Assembly (NCBI GenBank): GCA_043228905.1 | Contig: JBHGNT010000930.1 | Coordinates: forward strand, 1 to 13,768 | DNA from: Azolla caroliniana | Lineage: Eukaryota > Plantae > Polypodiophyta | Reading direction: 5' to 3' | DNA length: 13,768 bases | Part shown: one piece after another, positions 12,611-13,768 of the stretch | Layout: each line of letters begins with the position of its first letter | How positions within the stretch are numbered: the stretch's first letter is position 1 | Notes under the pieces: generated by a model | What the model saw: only the letters and a program-made list of their open reading frames with translations | What the model was told of the DNA's origin: nothing | Databases searched by the model: none | Made by a program: the position numbers and the translations under genes

Positions 12611-12763
12611 AATTCTATATCATAGCTAGCCTTGTTAGCTTCGATTCGCATGTTTGAACACAGAAATCCGATATCACACGAGCCAGGTATGACCATTTTA
12701 ATTTACACAAATATGCTAATTTCCTCATGTCTCTCGACCTGAGTTTCAAAATCTCGATTTTTT
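12611..12763 (+). repeat. Truncated monomer M72 (153 bp, net 25-bp internal deletion)
   Basis: The junction ATTTAC-A-CAAATATG at ~12706-12708 lacks the GCTCTTCTCAACTCCCTCCT tract. The next monomer starts at 12764. Confidence 0.95.
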
Positions 12764-13768
12764 AATTCTATATCATAGCTAGCCTTGTTAGTTTCGATTC
12801 GCAAGTTTGAACACAGAAATCTGATATCACACGAGCCAGGTATGACCATTTTAATTTACTCACTCGCTCTTCTCAACTCCCTCCTCAAATATGCTAATTT
12901 CTTCATGTCTCTCGACTTGAGTTTCAAAATCTCGATTTTTTAATTCTATATCATAGCTAGCCTTGTTAGTTTCGATTCGCATGTTTGAACACAGAAATCC
13001 GATATCACACGAGCCAGGTATGACCATTTTAATTTACTCACTCGCTCTTCTCAACTCCCTCTTCCAACATGCTAATTTCCTCATGTCTTTCGACGTTAGT
13101 TTCAAAATCTTGATTTTTTAATTCTATATCATAGCTAGCGTTCTTAGTTTCGATTCGCATGTTTGAACACAGAAATCCGATATCACACGAGCCAGGTATG
13201 ACCATTTTAATTTACTCACTGGCTCTTCTCAACTCCCTCCTCAAATATGCTAATTTCTTCATGTCTCTCGACCTGAGTTTCAAAATCTCGGTTTTTTAAT
13301 TCTACATCATAGCTAGCCTTGTTAGCTTCGATTCGCATGTTTAAACACAGAAATCTGATATTACACGAGCCAGGTATGACCATTTTAATTTACTCACACG
13401 CTCTTCTCAACTCCCTCCTCAAATATGCTAATTTCCTCATGTCTCTCACCTGAGTTTCAAAATCTCGATTTTTTAATTCTATATCATAGCTAGCCTTGTT
13501 AGCTTCGATTCGCATGTTTGAACACAGAAATCCGATATCACACGAGCCAGGTATGACCATTTTAATTTACTCACTCGCTCTTCTCAACTCCCTCCTCAAA
13601 TATGCTAATTTCTTCATGTCTCTCGACCTGAGTTTCAAAATCTCGATTTTTTAATTCTATATCATAGCTAGCCTTGTTAGCTTCGATTTGCATGTTTGAA
13701 CACAGAAATCCGATATCACACGAGCCAGGTATGACCATTTTAATTTACTCACTCGCTCTTCTCAACTC

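Larger units (their letters stand above)
1..13768. repeat. Tandem satellite DNA array, 178-bp monomer, ~77.7 copies (putative centromeric/pericentromeric satellite, family not recognised)
   Basis: AATTCTATATCATAGCTAGC (or the AAGT variant) recurs at 1, 179, 357, 534, 712, 890 ... 5340, 5491 ... 12611, 12764 ... 13475, 13653. Spacing is 178 bp except M3 and M76 (177), M31 (151) and M72 (153). Consensus: AATTCTATATCATAGCTAGCCTTGTTAGYTTCGATTCGCATGTTTGAACACAGAAATCCGATATCACACGAGCCAGGTATGACCATTTTAATTTACTCACTCGCTCTTCTCAACTCCCTCCTCAAATATGCTAATTTCYTCATGTCTCTCGACCTGAGTTTCAAAATCTCGATTTTTT. The confidence applies to the tandem array, not to a centromeric role. Confidence 0.99.

Noticed and set aside
1-13768. 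CRISPR array or other repeat-spacer system
   Set aside because: The entire 178 bp is repeated, with no unique spacers, leader or cas genes.
1-13768. Repeat-protein coding sequence
   Set aside because: 178 is not a multiple of 3, so any frame cycles through all phases. Each monomer has TTAA and CTAG sites giving stop codons on both strands, so no long ORF can persist.
1-13768. Order of monomer variants acting as an information-bearing code or diversity-generating cassette
   Set aside because: The order is adequately explained by nested duplications and unequal exchange, and there is no recombinase, reverse transcriptase or expression locus in the window.

Overview
The whole 13,768-bp window is one uninterrupted head-to-tail tandem satellite array. 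It has about 77.7 copies of a 178-bp monomer (hand-counted consensus about 39% GC), all in the same orientation, running off both window edges. I find no genes, RNA genes, transposon insertions or CRISPR array. Monomer length, homogeneity and nested block duplications fit a eukaryotic centromeric/pericentromeric satellite, but I do not recognise the family, and centromeric function is only an inference. Monomers are numbered M1-M78 from AATTCTATAT at position 1. The informative structure is in the variants: (i) an 18-copy subtype with 9 linked substitutions that create three palindromes; (ii) higher-order duplications at 6-, 8- and 12-monomer offsets, plus a ~13-kb match between the two window ends; (iii) two apparently chimeric monomers; (iv) two independent 25-27 bp deletions of the same pyrimidine tract. 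I see no support for a novel gene-encoded system. All variant typing was done by eye and should be confirmed by alignment.
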